Part shown: positions 60,601 through 64,000 of the stretch, one piece after another
Position numbering within the stretch: the first letter of the stretch is position 1
Layout of the letters: each line of letters starts with the position of its first letter
Source of the DNA: Euglena gracilis
Lineage: Eukaryota
DNA length: 64,000 nucleotides
Reading direction: 5' to 3'
Assembly (NCBI GenBank): GCA_039621445.1
Contig: CP154954.1
Coordinates: 43,627,847 to 43,691,846 of the forward strand
The notes under the pieces: generated by a model
What the model saw: only the letters and a program-made list of their open reading frames with translations
What the model was told of the DNA's origin: nothing
Database searches by the model: none
Made by a program: the position numbers and the translations under genes

Positions 60601-63600
60601 CCCCCGGTCTTAAAAAAACCCCTGGTGGGTGTGGTGCCGCACTAATACATTTACCGCTTCCTGATTCTTCGTTCGTTGCACCAACTGGCCACCATGTGCG
60701 TCATCCACCCACTCCCCACAATATTGTCGGTTGGGTAAACCAGGATGGGGGGCGTGGTGGTGACGCCGGGCCCCAGCCCGAGGCCAAGATATATGTGGAG
60801 GACAACAAGGGCAGCGCAGGCGGCGACGGTGAGGGCGAGGCGGCGGAGGAGGAGGAGGCGGCCGAGATGGAGGAGGCGGAGGAGGCGGAGGAGGCGGACG
60901 GCAGCGAGTCGTCGCGGCGGCAGCCAAGCGGGACCAACGTCGCGGCAGTACACATCCTGCGGGACCTGTTTCGGCTGCCGCCGTGGGTGCCGGTCAGCCT
61001 CGACGACGGCCTCGCCCACCTCTTCTGCCACATGCCCAGGCGGGGGCGTGGACCCCCACCACCTCAGAAGGGGTCAAGTTTATGGCAATATTTTAGCACA
61101 GCCCCTGCACCGAAGCGGCATGGTTTTTGAAACTGGCCATTATTATCAAGCCTAGTCATTTCTCCCCAAGTCCGACCTGGGTGAACTTGTCTAGGTTGGA
61201 CCCCACCGGAACCGAAATTACCTCAATCAGCCCATAGGTCATCATTATCACTCCGCGACTTGTCAATAAGAAAATTCGCAATGGGGGTCATATTTTTTTT
61301 TTATGATCCCGTTGGCTTTATATCAGCCCTGCATATAGCCCTTCAGCAAAAATATTCTCCCCCAAAATGTAGGGAATTATGCCAAAAAGCATTGAGCAGC
61401 AGTTAGACTGTTTTCTTGTTCTAGCAACAATTAGGATATTTTGGATGCTGGGCACAGTTTCTGGTTGTTTTAAGGTATGAGGGAAGTCACTTTTTAAGAA
61501 TGACCAGTCAAATCACATAATTCCCACCAGTCACCCCCCCCCCCCAAGCAAGCTTTTTTCAGCAACCTCATATCATGAACTAGCCCCCCCTGCCATTTGG
61601 GTCCTGTGTCCAGTGGAAAGCGGCTGTCCGAAAGGGGCTCTCTCACCAACAGGCATCGCCTGCCCAGGATCCAGCACGTGGTGCAGCACTTCAAATCCAC
61701 TGACTCGGACCAGTGTCATCCCATGCCCCATTTTCCAGCTGGCACGATTCTCTTTCTTGGCATGGCGTGTGGGTGCCATAGGATCTTGGGGGTGGAAAAT
61801 GGTGGCGGGGGGGGGGGATGCACTTTTCATGGTTGGCGCCTTTTATCATCTGAGAATTTGTGGGGTTTTTGTGTGCTTTCTGCGTGAAATTTGCCTTCCC
61901 CGCCAATAAAAGCTTTGAGGAATGTGCATTTTGTGGAATTTTGCAAATTTTCACTGCACGATTTTCAAATTTTTTTTCGCGAGTTTTCCCCGTTGGAAGT
62001 GCTTCCTGCAGGCGACGTCTTCAGGTGATTTTCTGTCAGTTTGGCGCTGCGGGGGACTCGCCAGGGCGGGCCGCCGCCCTCGGGTCCCGCCGCAAGCCGC
62101 TCACGGTGGAGACGCTGGTGGACTGCGTGCGGGCGTTCCTTACGCTGCCCGTCGAGGATGCCGCCCTGCTGGCGGTGTTCGCCGTGCCGTCCCACATCGT
62201 GTTCCGCTGCTTCCAGACCCCCGGCTGGCTGGCCCGCGCCGTGGTGCCCGGCGGCCGGCGCGGCCCACCGCGTGGGGGGGGGGGGCACCGGGGCCGGCTT
62301 TGGTCCAGCGACGCCGGATGGCTGGGGAGGAGGGGAGACTGACGAAGTGCGGTGTGGGGGGTTTGGGCTCCAGGACCAGAAAAAGTTGCTCTGGCCTTTT
62401 CTGGCCGGTGTGCAATCAGGTGTCTTGGCTGGGCCCGGGAGGGCTGTGGCTTTCCATACAGGGGCCTGCAGGCCGTTGAAACCAGCGTCGTACAATGAGG
62501 AAGTGCTGCGCACCGTCCACGTGGAGAGCACAGGGGCCATGCCTCGCAGTGGCCATGCCTCTTTCCCCGGCAGCAGTTCCCCAAAGGGAAGGTTAGTCAG
62601 TTAGCAGAAGGTTGCGAAAGTACTTCAACAAATGGAAATTAATTTGATCACTTTTTTTTGACTTTCAAATGTAATGTTTCTAATTGCCTGCCTCCTTCCT
62701 GCCTTGGCTCCCGTGGCCCCAATCTCAGACGATGTGCGGCGGGCTCTGGAGCACCCAGAAAACCGCACCCTGCGTTCTCTGCTGAAGGACTTCCTCATCG
62801 ACACAACCAGGTCAATTCTTGGGGGTTTGGGAGAACGTGCAACAACCACGTTTTTGAACGAAGTAATGTTGAAAAACAGTGAAAGATATGCAAAATGCCT
62901 GATTGAGGAGCATGTTGCTACCCCCCCCCCCCAAATCTCCCAAGCCACCACCTTCTGGACGATGAGGATTTCGCACTTATCCCAACTCGGGGAAATTCAA
63001 GATACTTTTTTGAAATCGTTTTTTTGGGGGGGGTCGTCACAGTTGTTTTTTTTGCGAAAACAAACACAGCTGTGAAAATGGGTCCCTCCCAGTTGCAAAA
63101 GGACTGTTTCACCTTGCGCTCTTAAACATTAACCCTCCATACTTTTCTTTTTTTACCGGGACACAGGCCCACCTGGAGAGCCCAGATGGGTCTCTAGGGA
63201 TGTGAATCATTTGGTTGAAGTTTTTTTAGGCCTTTTTTTGGGGTTTCCCATGAAAGTGGGCAGTTGCATTTAGTATCAACTTCGGAAGTTGGGGGGTGGT
63301 TCTTCAAACCTGTCAGCAGGTTGGGGTTGAGGGTGGCGGTCAAAGGTTTCCAGTGACAGGCTGGCCGACGCCACGTTGCAGCAGTGGCCTAGGTGCAATC
63401 AACCAAAAGCCTGCCGACTTCTTCTTCTTTGCCAACGACTGGCTGGAGGCCACGGTCCCCTTTCCCCTTTCTTTTTGCCCTCAGGGGACACGATGGCATG
63501 ACTTTCATCATTCATGGGTCGTCTTTTTTGTGCAAAAATCCCAACAAAATGGATTATTTTTTGGCAGGTGTCAGTTGTGCGTCTCATGCAGCGTCAAATC

Positions 63601-63813
63601 GTTGTGAATATTGGGTGGGTGGGTGGTGTGTTTTCACATCTTATGTTCACTGTCGTGGTTTCACTCAGGATTGAGGAAACTGCATTTTTTTGGAGCCTCC
63701 CAATCTCTAAACAAAGTCTGGGTTGGGCACCCCTACCTGTGGTACTGGTCAGCAACCAGTCGCTTCTGGCCCACCAGGAAGCAGGAAGTTGTGTGCCAGA
63801 AGAGAATCGACCG
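57643..63813 (+). CDS. Multi-exon coding region: Pro/Ala/Glu-rich low-complexity part then a globular domain of unknown function; partial
   Basis: Exons 57643-57657 (tentative), 57720-57903, 58992-59072, 59153-59259, 60136-60261/60270, 60744-61039 (GC donor), 61653-61712, 62012-~62250, ~62462-~62550, 62729-62810, 63360-63454 (needs a 1-nt correction), 63568-63614, 63669-~63813. Phases are mostly consistent. Confidence 0.65.
60360..60624. mobile_element. Intronic hAT-type MITE (same family as 44201)
   Basis: TIR CAGGGGTTTTTTTA; TSD gtgggcgt / gtgggtgt. Confidence 0.85.
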
Positions 63814-64000
63814 ATGTGTTTCCCCACCAACCCCCACCCCCCCCACCTCCCCCGAGCGGGAAAAACACAGCTGGCCTCCTCATATGGACCGGGGGACCAA
63901 CCCAACCCATGACCTTGCGGGTTAACGTCCATGCCGGGTTTCGTTGTTGATGGCCCAATTGGGTCACTGACGCCACAGCAGGCCCCCACCCTGGGCCAGG

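Overview
Eukaryotic (protist-like) genomic DNA. It has short GT-AG and some GC-AG spliceosomal introns, TTAGGG-like tracts and many long G/C homopolymers; the organism cannot be identified from the sequence. Supportable host genes: (1) a 7-exon CCCH zinc-finger gene on the minus strand (358-1487) with 44-55 nt introns; (2) a plus-strand coiled-coil gene (~41892-54501) built from phase-0 exons, seven of them exactly 126 nt; (3) a downstream plus-strand multi-exon region (~57643 to the window end) that may be the same gene or a separate one. About 2-41 kb is a deeply nested mosaic of non-autonomous DNA elements, including hAT-type (8-bp TSD), MULE-type (9-bp TSD) and TA-TSD MITEs plus a hAT transposase remnant. 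The main finding is five element families (labelled A, B, C, E, G here) with one shared design: asymmetric inverted repeats, a long (60-140 nt) terminal hairpin, a T-run/GTA-like end, and no target duplication at the one junction testable against an empty site. They insert into one another's ends. One of them (E) carries a degenerate ORF that looks by eye like a tyrosine recombinase. A separate ~190-bp rod-like hairpin (D) occurs six times, with compensatory changes, conserved G.A mismatches and a flip/flop isomer. Most ORFs in the supplied track are spurious products of repeats.
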